A stretch of 64,000 nt of DNA, taken from assembly GCA_030704615.1 (NCBI GenBank), contig CM060731.1, positions 24,552,001 to 24,616,000 on the forward strand, given 5' to 3'. Source of the DNA: Takakia lepidozioides. Its lineage: Eukaryota > Plantae > Bryophyta. Below the pieces are notes generated by a model, which searched no databases, was not told the DNA's origin, and was given only the letters and a program-made list of their open reading frames with translations. Of the stretch, positions 1 to 13,700 are shown piece after piece. A program made the translations under genes and the position numbers. Position 1 is the first letter of the stretch. Each line of letters begins with the position of its first letter.

Positions 1-170
1 ATTTTAAGAACGATGGCAAGAATGTTTTCAAAGAACCAGACTGAAATACTGCCAATGAAAATTTCAGAGAAAAAGGAAAGAAACTGGAATTGTCACCAGA
101 TTGAGGAATGAGATTATATTGTCCCAGGTAGGCGAAGGCACCCCAGTGTATCCTCTCTTTCGACTCTGCA

Positions 171-657
171 TCATCGCCAGCCAACCCTCATTGACAATTT
201 TAATCTACGGGAAGGGTGTGGCTTGGCATCGAACACGCATTGAACTGTGCGGGTATATCTTCCAGCAGTGAAGTCCTGCCCACTCTCCTTTTCCTTCTCC
301 GTCTCCTTTTCTTTCTCCTTCCCCTTGTCCTTTTCCTTCTCCTTCTCTTTGGACTTGTCTTTGTCCTTTGGCTTTGTTGGTGAGATGGCTATGACATCAA
401 GAGCCTTGTCTTTTGGATTGCGGCCCGCCTTCTTTCCCTTCTGCGGCGTTCCCTGAGCATCAGGCTCCTTGGCAGCCAATGTTGCTATGTTTCTTTGGTA
501 CTGCTCGTCAGTCAGAGGCGCCAGCATCTCAGCATTATTGTTCAAATATTTCATGTGCTGTTCTTGAAAGGTCGTGTGCTCCGGTGGACAGTCAAGGTAC
601 CAGCCACAGTCTCTGAAGTGAGAAGGACTCCAGTCCTTCAATATCCCTGCAGTATAC
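171..657 (-). other. Unidentified ORF fragment with a K/E-rich tract, cut at its 5' side by the LTR at 658
   Basis: The frame is open from the LTR boundary (YTAGILKDWSPSHF...) to the stop at 171. It contains a low-complexity KEKEK run and no recognisable domain. Confidence 0.25.
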
Positions 658-1709
658 TCTTAGAGGACTGTCTGGGACTTAGACACTTATACGGGATCTG
701 TGGGGTACCCTTAATTTTTGCACAGACTGAGACCAACAGGAGCCTTAGGGGTGACAACAGCGCACTTTAGGGGGGGGTGACACAGCCCGTCACAGCCGAC
801 ACAGCCAGACACAGTCAACACAGCCCGTCACAGCCAACACAGTCGACACAGCCAGACACAGTCAACACAGCCCGTCACAGCCAACACAGCCGACACAGCC
901 GACACAGTCAACACAGCTCGTCACAGCCGACACATCCCATCACAGCCAACATAGCCCGTCACAGCCCGTCACAGTTTCACACAGTCAGTCACAGCTTGAC
1001 ACAGCTGTCACGACCATAGGGAACGGATAGCCGAACAGGGAACGACTGTGGGGAACAACACCTGCGAATGGAACATGTTAGTTCATGGACGACGGTTAGT
1101 GAGGGAAACGGTTAGACAACGGGTAGGAAGATAAAGCTAGAAGCAAGGACTGAAAGGGGGATCATTCTTGGAGCACTTCGGGGGGGGGGGGGAATCACTG
1201 CTGGAAGGAGTGGGAATGAGCACTTCTTGGAGAGACTTCGGACAGCACTGGGGGAAAGGAGGAGAGAGTGTATCTCTGAGCAGAAAGATGGAGAGCACGG
1301 AGTAGGAGGAGGATCTGTTGATGCTTAATGAATGCAGGCAGTAGGGTTGTAATGTAGAGCAGATTAGAGACTCCATGGCTTCAGCCTGATACTTGATAGA
1401 TATTAATCTGATACACACCTCATACTCACACTGTGTAGAGAGATCTGAGTGAAGCTGTGGAATGAATTGATGAGTTGATGGAATCCGATAAATTGATGAA
1501 GCAAACTGATACTTAATTACCAGCAGTAAGGTAACTAGCTAACATGAATGCGGGAAGGAAAACAAATAGGAAACACCCCCATGATACACTAGCTGTAGGT
1601 CATGACTGATTGTTCTGAGCGGGCTGAGTACTTAGCGATTTCCAACTCTTCTATCTTGGAGTTTCCGCCTCGGATAGTGAAGGGATGGGTGAGTAAAAGC
1701 CGCGCGACA
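658..1709 (+). repeat. LTR family A, 5' LTR of copy 1
   Basis: TcTTAGAGGACTG...GCCGCGCGACA, matching LTRs at 4574, 19389, 30118 and 38529. Directly followed by the PBS. Confidence 0.92.
779..1012. repeat. CACAGCC-based 9-10 bp minisatellite inside LTR A
   Basis: Repeated gtcacagcc/gacacagcc/aacacagcc units, present at variable length in every full LTR A copy. Confidence 0.85.
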
Positions 1710-2290
1710 TTTGGCGACCATACTGGGGATCTGGGTCATGAACAACCAGATGTGACAGGCATCTGGTGGGATCATGGTGGATGGAGAATTAAAGAATTTG
1801 ATGTGAATCAAATCCTTGTGAAACGAGAAGGAAAGATTGTCCAAACGATTCTTCCAGAGGTTTTTGGAATTGCCAGACGGTTGTAAAAAGAAAACATTCT
1901 TAAGAGAGTGCATGATGCTGACCCAGAGTGGGGTCTGGAGAAAGGAGTGATAAAGATTTATCAGGTGGCCTGTAGAGGAAGAGCACGTTGGTTACCAACA
2001 TTGGTTTATGTGATAGCATTGCTATCCATTAAGCGAGTAGAGTTTGAAGGCTGGAAGAAGAGAAGAAAGAATGAATGTTATACTCATATGCATGAAGAGC
2101 TTGTACTGGTAAAGAATTGGATTCCAAAGGATATTTTGTGGATCAAACTCACACCAAGAACAGCTTTTCAGACTTGTTTGCCATATGGTAATGGAGACTT
2201 CAAGTATAGCCAAGGGTGCATTGAAGCTTGAAGAAACCCAGGCATATACAAGAGATATTAGAAGAGAGTTTTGGTTATTGCCACATTTAA
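1602..2290 (+). pseudogene. Extra 5' ORF (ORF0) of family A, copy 1, frameshifted
   Basis: Pieces 1602-1886, 1908-2231 and 2185-2290 match the ORF at 29530-30225. Confidence 0.6.
1712..1729 (+). promoter_or_regulatory. Primer-binding site (tRNA-Arg-like)
   Basis: TGGCGACCATACTGGGGA, 2 nt after the LTR end. It resembles the tRNA-Arg PBS TGGCGACTCCACTGGGGA of Ogre/Tat-type elements. Confidence 0.8.
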
Positions 2291-2310
2291 AAGAAATAAA
2301 GACATGGGAC

Positions 2311-2884
2311 ATGAGTGATGAAAGAGAAGCTAGATGCCAGAGATATTCAGTAAAAAAAGAAAGCTATCTGAAAGCTAATTATCCATATCTTGGGGAGAGA
2401 GGAATAGACATAGGGGAATCATCTGGACCTCTCACACCATTAAGATCAAAGAGTACATCACCCATACCAGAAGAACTAGAGTTGGATGCCACTCCTTCTG
2501 TTTCTTTGCAGAAAGATTAAGGGAATTGGTACAAGAAGAAGATCAATCACGAGTGAAGTGAAAGATCTGAGGTACATCCCTGGATAAAGAATTGACATAA
2601 ATCTTTGATAAGAGTTGGCATGGAACACCAAAAGCAGGAACTCCAGTTTCTGAAGCGGAGGTGAAGAAGGAGGAGAGGATGTGGCAGAGCCAACGGAGAG
2701 TTCAGACTCTCCAACACCATTATAGTTGAGTTACATGAGTGAAGAAGAAACCCAAGGGCAGAACTTGGAGGATGAAAACAGAGAGAAGAAATTGGAAGAG
2801 GAAGAATATGAAGAAGTAGACCCAACAGCTGAGGTTGAGACTACAACCAGGACATCCCAACCCGTTGGACCTGGATCAAGTGGA
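2311..2884 (+). pseudogene. gag: gag N-terminal part, copy 1
   Basis: MSDEREAR...PVGPGSSG is homologous to 28132-29508 and runs into the N gap. Confidence 0.8.
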
Positions 2885-3384
2885 NNNNNNNNNNNNNNNN
2901 NNNNNNNNNNNNNNNNNNNNNNNNNNNNNNNNNNNNNNNNNNNNNNNNNNNNNNNNNNNNNNNNNNNNNNNNNNNNNNNNNNNNNNNNNNNNNNNNNNNN
3001 NNNNNNNNNNNNNNNNNNNNNNNNNNNNNNNNNNNNNNNNNNNNNNNNNNNNNNNNNNNNNNNNNNNNNNNNNNNNNNNNNNNNNNNNNNNNNNNNNNNN
3101 NNNNNNNNNNNNNNNNNNNNNNNNNNNNNNNNNNNNNNNNNNNNNNNNNNNNNNNNNNNNNNNNNNNNNNNNNNNNNNNNNNNNNNNNNNNNNNNNNNNN
3201 NNNNNNNNNNNNNNNNNNNNNNNNNNNNNNNNNNNNNNNNNNNNNNNNNNNNNNNNNNNNNNNNNNNNNNNNNNNNNNNNNNNNNNNNNNNNNNNNNNNN
3301 NNNNNNNNNNNNNNNNNNNNNNNNNNNNNNNNNNNNNNNNNNNNNNNNNNNNNNNNNNNNNNNNNNNNNNNNNNNNNNNNNNNN
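2885..3384. other. Assembly gap (500 N)
   Basis: Run of N. The flanks (gag on the left, 3' ORF on the right) imply the true gap is much longer. Confidence 0.99.
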
Positions 3385-5733
3385 ACCACCGCGGCCACCA
3401 CAACAGGTCATGTACCAGTTAACTGAACCTGTGGTTACTACAACCACACAACAGCCACCACAGCCGGAGGTAGGGGGCATGGCAATTGCGCTTTAACCAC
3501 CTAAAACTCCACTGCCAGGAGTACAGTAGGGCTATGATTATGCCCTTCAACCAAATTCCCCATTCATGTGGATTTGGCTTGAAAAGAATTGTCCTCCGCA
3601 GTCATTCGCACATTACTACCAAATCATGCGTATTTGGGCTGCCAGTGGCAACCAGGACTAAAGGTCTTCCAAACAATCGACATATTGAAGATCATCACTT
3701 TGCACAATACTGGCACGATGCAGGTACAATGTGAGGTTGGTTGCTTTCCAGGTTGTACATGACTCATTAATACCAAGACCAAGAGATATCAAGTATTGTC
3801 ATGGGGTGCGGGCTATACTACGCTGCTTGTTTTCTGATACGTTACCACATTGAGCAACAAAAGATGCAAGCACGCTTTCAAAGTTACTCCGTGGAGATCA
3901 TTGGGTATTACCTTCGGTGCCACCTCATATGTACCTATATGACCCAAAAGTTATGATACAGAAGGATTCTCAAATTCCGTTCATGGTTTCAAGCACAGCC
4001 TGCAACATTTGGTCACACAGAAATTCGGACTTGATGACATTTTTCTATAAGGGACATATCGGCATGGAAATACTGCACTGCGGCACCAGTAATTGGTACC
4101 CCACTCATTTGGACAGACAAGGAGCTCAGTGTCACAAAAAACAATTTTTGCTGTTCAACCGTTTCACCCAGGTTGTAAAATGCAAACTTCCAGACATGGT
4201 AGGACATCTTGTATGCCCCAGATGATTCCACAAAAAGTTCGAAAATTAAAACACCTAAGAGCGATGACGATTCTGATACAACTGGTTCTTCACAAAATTC
4301 TTTTGACATGGAGAAGACTATACAATCAGATGGAGCGAAGAAACAAAGGGATCTCCTCTGCCGGAGAAGATTACCCTACCTCGATATCAGCCTCCAGAAG
4401 GCCTCACTTATCCAGGTAGTAATCAACCATCTCCATCAACCAAGACAGACCTCGGGCTCGTACCACCCCCACCACGAAACTCTCAACGTCAACAAAGTGA
4501 TCACTCACAAAGGTTTGCTACTCGAAACAGTAAACCGTGAGGACACTGCTTTTTGAGGGGGGAAGGGGTAAAATGTTAGAGGACTGTAGGGGACTTTAGA
4601 CACTTATACGGGATCTGTAGGGTACCCTTAATTTTTGCACAGACTGAGACAAACAGGAACCTTAGGGGTGCAGCAGAGCACTGTAGAAGGGGTTTGTTAC
4701 CAACCCACACACCCCACACGCCCACCAGCCGTCATACGCCTTCACAGCCCACACACCGACACAGCCCACACCACAGCCCACACAGCCCACACAGCCGTCA
4801 CCACAGCCCACACCCACACAGCCGTCACAAACAGCCTCCACAGCCCGTCACAGCCGTCACAGCCCACCAGCCCACACAAGCCCGACAACGCCGTCACAAG
4901 CCCACACATCCACACAGCCGTCACAAGCCAACACAGCCGACACACACACCACACATCACAGCCCTTCACACTCCCCCCCATCCGTCATAGTCGTCACACT
5001 CCCACACACTCCCACACAGCCCCTCACAGTCGTCACACAGCAGACACAGCCCACACAGCCAGTCACAGCCCGGCATAGCCACACAGCCAGTCACAGCCCC
5101 ACAACAGCCAAACCCACAGCCAGTCACCGCTTGACACAGCTGTCACACCTATAAGGGAACGAAGAGTAGGACAGGGAAGACTGTGGGGAACAACACCACC
5201 AGAGAAGGGAACATGTTAGTTCACATAACGCCGGTTAGAGAGGGAAACGGTTTAGAACCGCGGATAGGAGGATAAAGGGGAAGAACGGGGATTATGATGA
5301 GATGATTATTCGGGGAGGACTTGGGAGTCAGGCGGAAGCGGAGATCGGAGAGCACGATGAAGGAGGATTAGTAGATGCTTGTTAGATGCAAAGCCGTAGG
5401 GATATTGTAGAGGAGAATAGAGATACAATGGCTTCGGCCTGATACCTGATAAATCATAATCTGATATTTATACGATACAATCACACTGTGTAGAGAGATC
5501 TGAGTGAAGCTGTGGATTGAATGGAGGAGTGAAGGAAACTATACGTATTATCAATGGTAGGTAGCTAAGATGAATGCGAAAGGGAAACAAATAGAAACAC
5601 CCCCATGATCCACTAGCTGTAGGTCATGACTGATTGTTCTGCGCGGGCTGAGTACTTAGAGATTTCCAACTCTTCTATCTTGGAGTTTCCGCCTCGGATA
5701 GCGAAGGGATGGGTGAGTAAAAGCCGCGCGACA
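3385..5733 (+). mobile_element. Family A copy 2, 3' end (end of 3' ORF, PPT, 3' LTR), inserted in gag of another family A copy
   Basis: 3385-4532 matches the end of the 3' ORF. PPT at 4555-4568. LTR 4574-5733 is followed directly by mid-gag sequence (GTTTCCTTGTTCA..., FPCSLIKKASEW). Confidence 0.85.
4574..5733 (+). repeat. LTR family A, 3' LTR of copy 2 (error-rich or diverged middle)
   Basis: TGTTAGAGGACTG...GCCGCGCGACA, preceded by the purine tract GAGGGGGGAAGGGG. Confidence 0.9.
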
Positions 5734-8700
5734 GTTTCCTTGTTCACTTATCAAGAAAGCAAGTGAATGGTATGCAAGATTCCCTGATAATCATTTCCTA
5801 ACCTGGAATGGCTTGAATACAACATTTCGAAACAGGTTCAAGACAAGTAAAACTGAAGATAAAGTGTATGGAAGTTTACAACAGTTAAAGCAAAAGAAGC
5901 ATGAAACTGTTGAAGAGTATATGGAAAAGATGGAATTGATGATGAAAAAGCTGGCTGCAGTACCAGCACCTGGTTTACAGAAGACTTGGTTTGTGAGTGG
6001 ACTAAGACCAGAGTTGCAAAAGAAAGTGGATATGTTACCCCATAATACAGTGGAGGAGGCATTTGAAACTGCAAACAAAATTGAGCAATTGGGAATGCTC
6101 AGGAGAGAGAAAAGGGATGATGAGGACTCCGAGGATGAGTCAGATGAAGAAGAAGAGCAAGAACTAAAAAGGAAGAGTAAGAGAACGTAGAAGTTGAAGA
6201 GGGATAACTATAAAAAAATATTGGAAGAAATCTTGAAGAAGTATGCCACAGAGGCTGCAACACTTGGAGGAAGGGTGTATGGTGTGCAAAGTGCCAGATG
6301 AAGGCCCCATACCACACAGAATGCCACATGAAGGAGAAACACTGTACTATCTGTAAAATGGATAACCATTCTACTGAGAATTGTTACTATAACAGAAGGA
6401 CAGCTGCAAGAGAACCTAGGCAAGTAAGGGTGCATCAGGTGCAGCCCCAGCCAAGAAGAAACAATGATCAGGACCACTATGGTAGGTCTGGTGGTTATAA
6501 CAATGGCATGGAAGGGAGAGGTAATTCAAGAGGAAATTACCAAGGAAATTCCAGAGGCAACTATCAGGGTAATCCAAGGGGAATTACCAGCCCGGGAATC
6601 AGGATTATAGAAATAATCCAAGAACAGACCAAGGGCGAGGACCCAATGGTGAAGAACTATGTTACTATTGTAATCAGCCAGACATCGCAGGGCACCTGTG
6701 CATTCTGGATAAGACACCAGAATGAGATGAGAGCTCCTGTGAATGAGGGCCCAGTGGTGGCAGCTCACATGGTTAGGCCATGTGTTTGTACCAGAGTAAG
6801 TACAATGATAGTAACAAAAGTAAAGCCAAACTAATACCTCCAGTAGTAGAGGAAAAAGATATTGAAGGTGGCAATGATATGCCTGAAGATGAAGAGACTT
6901 GGAGAGATGAGAAGAACTGCACAAAGAAGTGGCAGATACCATAACGGAAATGCAGAAGAGTACTGATATTCCTGTGGCAGATTCCTCTGATTCTGATGGA
7001 GAAGAAGAAGGGAGTGAGGATGAAAGGAAGAAAGAAGATGCAGACATGCAAAGTAATGAAGAGACTTTGGCTGAAGTAATATGCCAAACCAAAGCAGAGA
7101 TTACCATTGGACAGCTATTAGCTGTGGCACCTTATTGTAGGTACAGGCTGTATCAAGCAATCAATCGAATTGCCCAGGAGACAGGAAACACAGACCTGAA
7201 CAGCAAGGTGACCAGTTATATGTGAAGCCGGAAGGGCGAGAAACAGTCATGGACTTTGATGATTCTATGCCTAATCCAATTGAGAATTGGAAGCACATAA
7301 CTAACTGATGTACTGATAGATGGAGGTTCTGGAGTGAATATCATGACAGACCAATTAAGGAAGAAACTTGGTCTAAGTAACATGAAACCAGCCCCATTTA
7401 CAGTAACAATGGCAGATCAAAGAAGTGTACAGCCATTGGGATTGATAAGAGGAGTTAAGATACAGATACAGAAGATGATCTTTATGATCACAGTAACTGT
7501 GTTGAAGATGGATGAAGTCATGGAGGCTTACTCCTTATTATTGGGACGTCCGTGGGCTGAAACAGGCCAGGGTATTCCATGACTGGAATTCTCAGTTACT
7601 AACCGTGCATAATGGGATACACGAGATACAAATTACCACAAAGAAATCTAGTAGATTACCTGCTACAAGAAGACCTCAAGGAGTCAGAGAGTATGACTGG
7701 AAAGGAGGACTGGATGAGGAACAAGAAGCTACCCTATTTGCTGCACACCCAGAGTCGGAGCAGGTTGCAGAGATGTGGCTGGAAAGCCTAAGTTGTTTAA
7801 GAGGTATCTGCTGTGGTGTAGTGACAGCAACACCAACTGAAGAGGAAACCAGCAGTTACCCATCACATTTCTATGAGGAAAGAGAAGGAGAAATGGAAAT
7901 CCTAGAGGAACCAGCCATTTGAGCTTACAAGATGAAGTGGTGACTGGTTGGACAATCACAGCTGATGAGCAGGTGAGGGAAGTGAATGTGGGAACTAAAG
8001 AGGAACCGAGGATGGTGAAAATAGGAGCTGATTTGGAGCCGGAATTCTTTGAAGAAGCTAAAAGCTTGTTCATCAAATACAGAGATGTATTTGCTTGGAG
8101 CTATGAGGATCTTAAAGGAATACCACCTGAAGTCTGTCAGCATAAGATTGAACTGGAACCAGGGTCAGTACCAATCAAGCAGGCGAGTACAGAATGAATC
8201 CCAACTACGCACAGAAGGTTGGAGAAGAGATCAAGAAGTTGGCTGAGGCTAAGTTTATATACCCAATAGAGTATACAACTTGGTTGTCACCCATTGTGAT
8301 AGTTCCAAGAAAAATGGTAAACTAAGAGTTTGTGTGAACTACAAGAAGCTGAATGGATGGCTTCAGTGGGTATAATCAAGTGCAAGTGGCAGAAGGAGAC
8401 CAAGGAAAAACAGCTTTCATCACAGACTGGGGTGCTTATGCATACAAAGTCATGCCCTTTGGACTTTGTAATGCACCAGCGACCTTTCAGAGAGTAATAA
8501 GTGAATCTTTTTATGAGTATCTGGATGATTTCATGCAGGTGTTCTTGGATGATTTCAGTGTGTAAGCTCTAAGAATGAGCACTTGCATAAATTGGAGTTA
8601 TGTCTGGATAGAGATGCAGGATGAGAGGTCTGGGCCTGAATCCAGAGAATGTACTTTCTTCTGTGTGAACTCAGGGGTTCTTCTGGGACACATTGTGTGT

Positions 8701-9857
8701 AAGAGAAGAGGACTTCTTGTGGATCCCAGGAAACAGAGGCCATTAAAGCCTCTCCACCACCAGTAAATGTTAAGAGTCTAAGGAGATTCCTTGGACAAAC
8801 CAGCTATTACAGAAGATTTGTCAACGTATGCACAGATAGCAGCACCATTGAGCAAACTTCTGAGAAAGATGCAGTGTTTGCATGGACACCTGAATGTCAA
8901 CAGGCTTTTGAGGAACTTACATTGTCAGTAACAACTACACCTGTGCTGATTAGTCCTCACTGGCAGCAAATATTTCATGTTCACTGTGATGCTTCTGGAG
9001 AAGCACTAGGAGCGGTGCTAGCAAAATGAAACAGGAATGATAGATTCACTTGTGTACTATGCTAGCCGATCGATGAACTGCCGAAAGAAAATAGCACACG
9101 GAAGAGAAGCATTGGCAATGATCTATGCAGTGAAGAAATTCAGGCATTACCTGTTGGGGCAGAAGTTTATGTTCTATGTGGATCACCAGGCTCTGATATA
9201 CCTGGTAACAAAAACCTCTTGATAATAACGGAAGAATAGCAAGATGGTTAATAATCTTGCACGAGTTTGAGTTCGAGGTTGTTTACAAGCCTGGGAGACT
9301 GCATCTTGTGGCGGATCACTTGTCAAGGTATCAACAGGAAAGAAAACCAGCCAGGGAGTAGATGATCAATTACAGATGCGAGTCTTTTACAGTGGAGGTG
9401 CAGAAGTGCAGATGACTGGTTAGATTGGAGTGGCCAATCAGATACTACCTTGCTCATGGTCAATGCCCACCAAGTTATGGAAGGAGCAGAGAAAGAGAAT
9501 TGCTATCAAGGCTCTACCTTACACTATGGTAGGGAGCAGAATGTATAAGCTAGGACCAGATGGAGTGCTGAAGCGATGCTTATCCACCATGAAGTTAATA
9601 AGTTTTGGAGGAAGTTCATAAAGGAGTGGCAGGAGGTCATTTTGGAGAAGAGACTACCAGCAGGAAATACTAATGCAGGTTACTGGTGGCCTACTTTGTT
9701 CAAAGATGTACACAAGTATTGTCAGAGTTGTGATGAATGTCAGAGGCTGGGACCTTTGCAGAGATATGGGAAAATGTCTTTGCATCCTACAATGCCTACG
9801 GAACCATTTCAGAAATGGGGACTAGACTTTGTTGGACCAATTAACCCACCAGCCAAG
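5734..9857 (+). pseudogene. gag-pol: gag-pol remainder of copy 1 (CA, CCHC knuckles, PR, RT, RNase H, partial INT), many frameshifts
   Basis: ORF pieces align to the less damaged copies: [45 protein letters not shown]. Confidence 0.9.
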
Positions 9858-9873
9858 GAGGTTTACTATTTCA

Positions 9874-9962
9874 TGAGCAGAAACCATGAGCCATGAGCCA
9901 TGAGCCGCATGAGCCGCATGAGCGGTGAGCCGAAGTCTAAGATACGCGGATTTCATGAGCGG
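9874..9962. repeat. Subterminal short repeats (CATGAGC / GAGCCGCAT) at the left end of the DNA transposon
   Basis: catgagc occurs 7 times, including ccatgagccatgagccatgagccgcatgagccgcatgagcgg. Confidence 0.8.
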
Positions 9963-10708
9963 ACTCCTCCAAATTTGGAAATGCGGCAGATTAAACAAGT
10001 ATTAAAATAATAGTTTTTTATTTGACCTTGCCGTTTTTGGACGTTCCAGATCATGTAATGCGGCGAAGATATGTCGTCAGTAACAAGTCCGCTCATGGTC
10101 TTTTAGATCCGCTCATGGAAATAAGTGACCGTGCAACGGGAAATCCAGTATACCACTGCAAAAGGACGTCGCATACTGGCCTGTATAGAGTATTCCGCGG
10201 TTTTACATGCCTTAACATTGGAATGAAGCTGACCCTTTTGCCGCGATTGAACCAATGGAGTCTGCACCAATACAGTCTGCAGTACTTCACAATTCTGTCT
10301 TCTTCGGGTATTCGGCGGGAAAGGTTTGCAACTGAACTGGGAAATAGGGTGCCGCATTAGGGTTCGCACGTGCGAAATTTCGGAGCGGTTTGGTGTTGGC
10401 GAAGGCCGCCTCTGGGGGTACCTACGACGATACTTGGAAATTCGGCGCCGCATTTCCTTGTCGGAGGTCGAATGAGGAGAGCAAGTTTTCGGAAAGCAGA
10501 AAAACATGAACCCTCCAACATACAAAAATACATGCACGTGGAAACAAGTGAACGATATAGTAATATCTTAGTTCGAGCAAAACAGGTTACTGGTAGGCAA
10601 GACATATGTCGGACCTTTCTGTGGCCAGAGTCTGAGGTACTGGCAGCAGTACAGTTCTACTATCCGAAAAGGATGGGCGTACCATTGTATGTGGACCGCA
10701 AGCCAAGC

Positions 10709-13700
10709 TCACTGGTCCCCTGGATCCATATTCAGAAGAGTGTGAACCTCCTGGGGGCTCAACCCTGGTGCATGTATGAAGTGATGAGTTGTGGAATTAC
10801 AACGGAGTCTCTTTAGGTACACGTAGTACAAATGCTTGCAAGGGCAGTATGATGCCCCCTTGTTCGCCATGATCTGGAAGTCGGTGCAATTGCAGGTGGG
10901 TAATTCTGAAATGGTGATGGTATACACCTCATTGCGAACAGCTGAGCCCGCCGTGGCCATCTGATACACACGCCCGAATCCTGGTGGGGGCACTTCTGTC
11001 GAGCTCTGGATTGTACAGTTCATCCGAAGTGCATTCCCCATCCTTGTCTCGTTCACTTTTGAGGGAGGTCGCCGCCTCTTCGGTTTCCCCCAACGGTGTG
11101 TAGGATGCTTAGAGCTGTCGTGTCCCATTGTTCTTGCTCTCACAGGGGTCGGTGGTGGAGGCTGTGGAAGCGGAAATGGTTCTCTGGGGACGTCAGTGCG
11201 CTGCACCATCCGAAATCCTGCGGCGGTAAGGGCGTCGGCCTCAACCTGACTCAGATCGCAGCCTGGTTCCACCGGCCACACCGGGGGAGCCTCTGGCATT
11301 GTTTGTATGCCGTACTTGGGCTTTCCATACACGCAAGTCATAATTTCGTGCCTGCAGAACCAGAACTGGGTGGTTGTCGCCTCCGCAAACTTTGCATGGA
11401 CAAATCTTCCTGTAAAAGTAGGAGCAGGGACAGCCCCATCTGGATTCCTCCTTATCATCTCTAAACAACGTTGCCGTGTATCCACACGAATTGCGGAACA
11501 CCTTCCTCGAAACGACGGCTTTGTGCGAGCAATTCTCCACTGTGAGGCAGACACAGTCGTCTCCACAATGGCTTGGCCATACTGCATAACAGCGGGCGGA
11601 ATGTGGGGCAAGGGAGCGGTGGGAATTTGTTGCACGAAATCCCCGGTTGAAGGCGACGGCGATCTGGAATTTCTTGGGCTTCCACTGCTGGAAGACACAT
11701 TGTGCGGCAACATGACGGGACCTCGAGGTGTTGTCCGAATGTTCCTGTCGGATCTCCAGGAATCCTCTTCGCACCCGGGTTCCTCTTCAATCCTCCGCTT
11801 GACAGGGCGAGTCCGGACGTCCCCCTCTAGGTGTTCACCTCTGCGGTGCAGAGGCGTCCCTTTGATCTTCTCTCGCAATGTTGTCGCCCATTTCACTGGA
11901 TTCTTGGACCTCGAAGCTATTCGTACCAACAATTCCTCCCTGTCCGGCCCAAAGCCCCATTGTTTGCCGCTCAGGATCTTGTAGTACGTGGCTTGCTGCA
12001 TGATTGCTCTGTCGATGTCATCCGTTGTGGCCGTCACTACGTCCACCAGATGTGCGGCAGAAGACGCTCGCCAGGAGGAGTGGACCGATTCTGCCATATT
12101 CGTGTTCGGCATGTCCGTGTCGGAATCCAAGCACCGCTCCTAGAAGGACACAAACAATGGTGAGGGACCAATCAAATGTCCGTAACAGAAAGACAAATGA
12201 ACGAAATTGACAGCAGCCTACCTCCCGCATGTACTGTCCGAACTGTCGATACCGAAAATGCCACCACCCCAACCAGCTGTGCAATGTTCCCAGATTGGTT
12301 GTCTCCACTGCACCTGACGTGTTCCACCAAGCCTCGATGATAGCAAACTTAACCTCCGCGTCATCAAATGTGGGTGCATCCTTCCACGCCGTACAAAGGA
12401 CACGGTGTTCAGCCTGGAATGAGCTAGCAACAAATTTGGTAGTGTAGTGGGATAGACTCTGCATCCAATGGAATCCACAGGATCTCTCTTTCCCCTCCAT
12501 TGGAACATTGGGGTCCTCACCGTACACACGCCGCACCGCTGCCCAGTTGGCCTGAGCGTTGTCTGCCATGAATCCCCTGAAATTGGGCTCTGGCAATCCC
12601 GCCCTTGCCATCTGCTCTCCCACAGATGCATCTCGGACTGTGTGTCCTCCCCTTTCATCTCGCAGATTGCAATCGTCATGAGCCTCTTGGAGTGATAGTC
12701 ATAAATATGCGCACCCATAGTCACCCACTGATGGTTTGTAATTCGCTTGATGTGATCAAACATCACCCAAGCATTCGACAAGTTTCCAGTTGTCATGCGA
12801 GTGACCAAGTCGACTCCACTCCCAGGCCCACACGTCGACATTTTGAAAATGTAACAACGATCGGATTCGCTGCCTTGCCCTGGAAACCTGCTACCTTGGA
12901 TGTAGTCATATCCAGTCATTCGTTTCACCTCCAGGATTGAGTACATGTCCGACCCCCTGCCGAACTCCTGCTTGCAAGATACGATGTGATTCCGCACATT
13001 CGGACTACAAACGTGCGAGACGGACTCCAAGAGGTCACGCATCTCGTCTTCGGTCAAGGGCTCTCGGTCGGAACCATCTTCAGACATGATTTTGCCAAGA
13101 GCAATCTTGTGGGCTGCCTTCAGCTGAATCTGCTTTGGTCTGGCTCCGGGGCTCAATTTCACCTCCTCTTTTATGATGTCGTGTGCTTCCTGCACAGCCT
13201 CACGCATGTTGCCTCTCGCCAAGGGGTGGCAGTGGACCCCAACGTGTATGCAAGCTCTAGTCAAGTCCGGGAGCAAATGGATAACGTAATATTGCTTGGC
13301 TCTGCACATGGACATGCAAGTCGGTGGTTCTTTGCAATGTGCACACTTGAAAGAACCCGCAGGAGCTTGGCTGGAGACAATGAATGGATGATGCGTTGTG
13401 CCAGTCCAATCCGTCTCGTTTCTCCGCCCTCCTTTGGAGAGAAAGTGGAAGCAGGTGGGATTGAGGCACCTCAGCTTCCCCGCACAGAGGACATATCGTA
13501 CACGAACACCATCAGCAATTTTCGTGCTACTGGTCTTCGTCACACACTAGGGGTGTCCGTCATGCTTTCGATCCATGTCTGTTAACATCCCGGAGGCTTT
13601 CTTTGACGAAGAAATAGGTGGAAACTCGAAGATGACATTGCCATCGACTTCGGGAGGCAGAAAAGTTACCTTTCTGACTGGGAATTTGGCATAGTCGAGA

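Larger units (their letters stand above)
658..9857 (+). mobile_element. Ty3/Gypsy non-chromovirus LTR retrotransposon family A, copy 1 (interrupted by copy 2, truncated in integrase by a DNA transposon)
   Basis: 5' LTR, PBS, extra ORF, gag, PR (LIDGGSG), RT (FLDD), RNase H and the start of INT ([14 protein letters not shown]). Homology to copy 3 stops at 9857. Confidence 0.85.

Noticed and set aside
2726-3496. Long ORFs containing X runs
   Set aside because: Artefacts of the 500-N gap.
777-5078. H/S/T/Q-rich ORFs in LTRs (777-1019, 4635-5078; also 30677-31000, 38649-38969)
   Set aside because: Translations of the CACAGCC minisatellite, with the frame not conserved between LTRs.
1700-9857. 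Programmed frameshifts or an ORF0-gag fusion in copies 1 and 2
   Set aside because: The numerous 1-2 bp indels, mostly in homopolymers, are absent from copies 3 and 4. They are probably unpolished long-read errors or decay.
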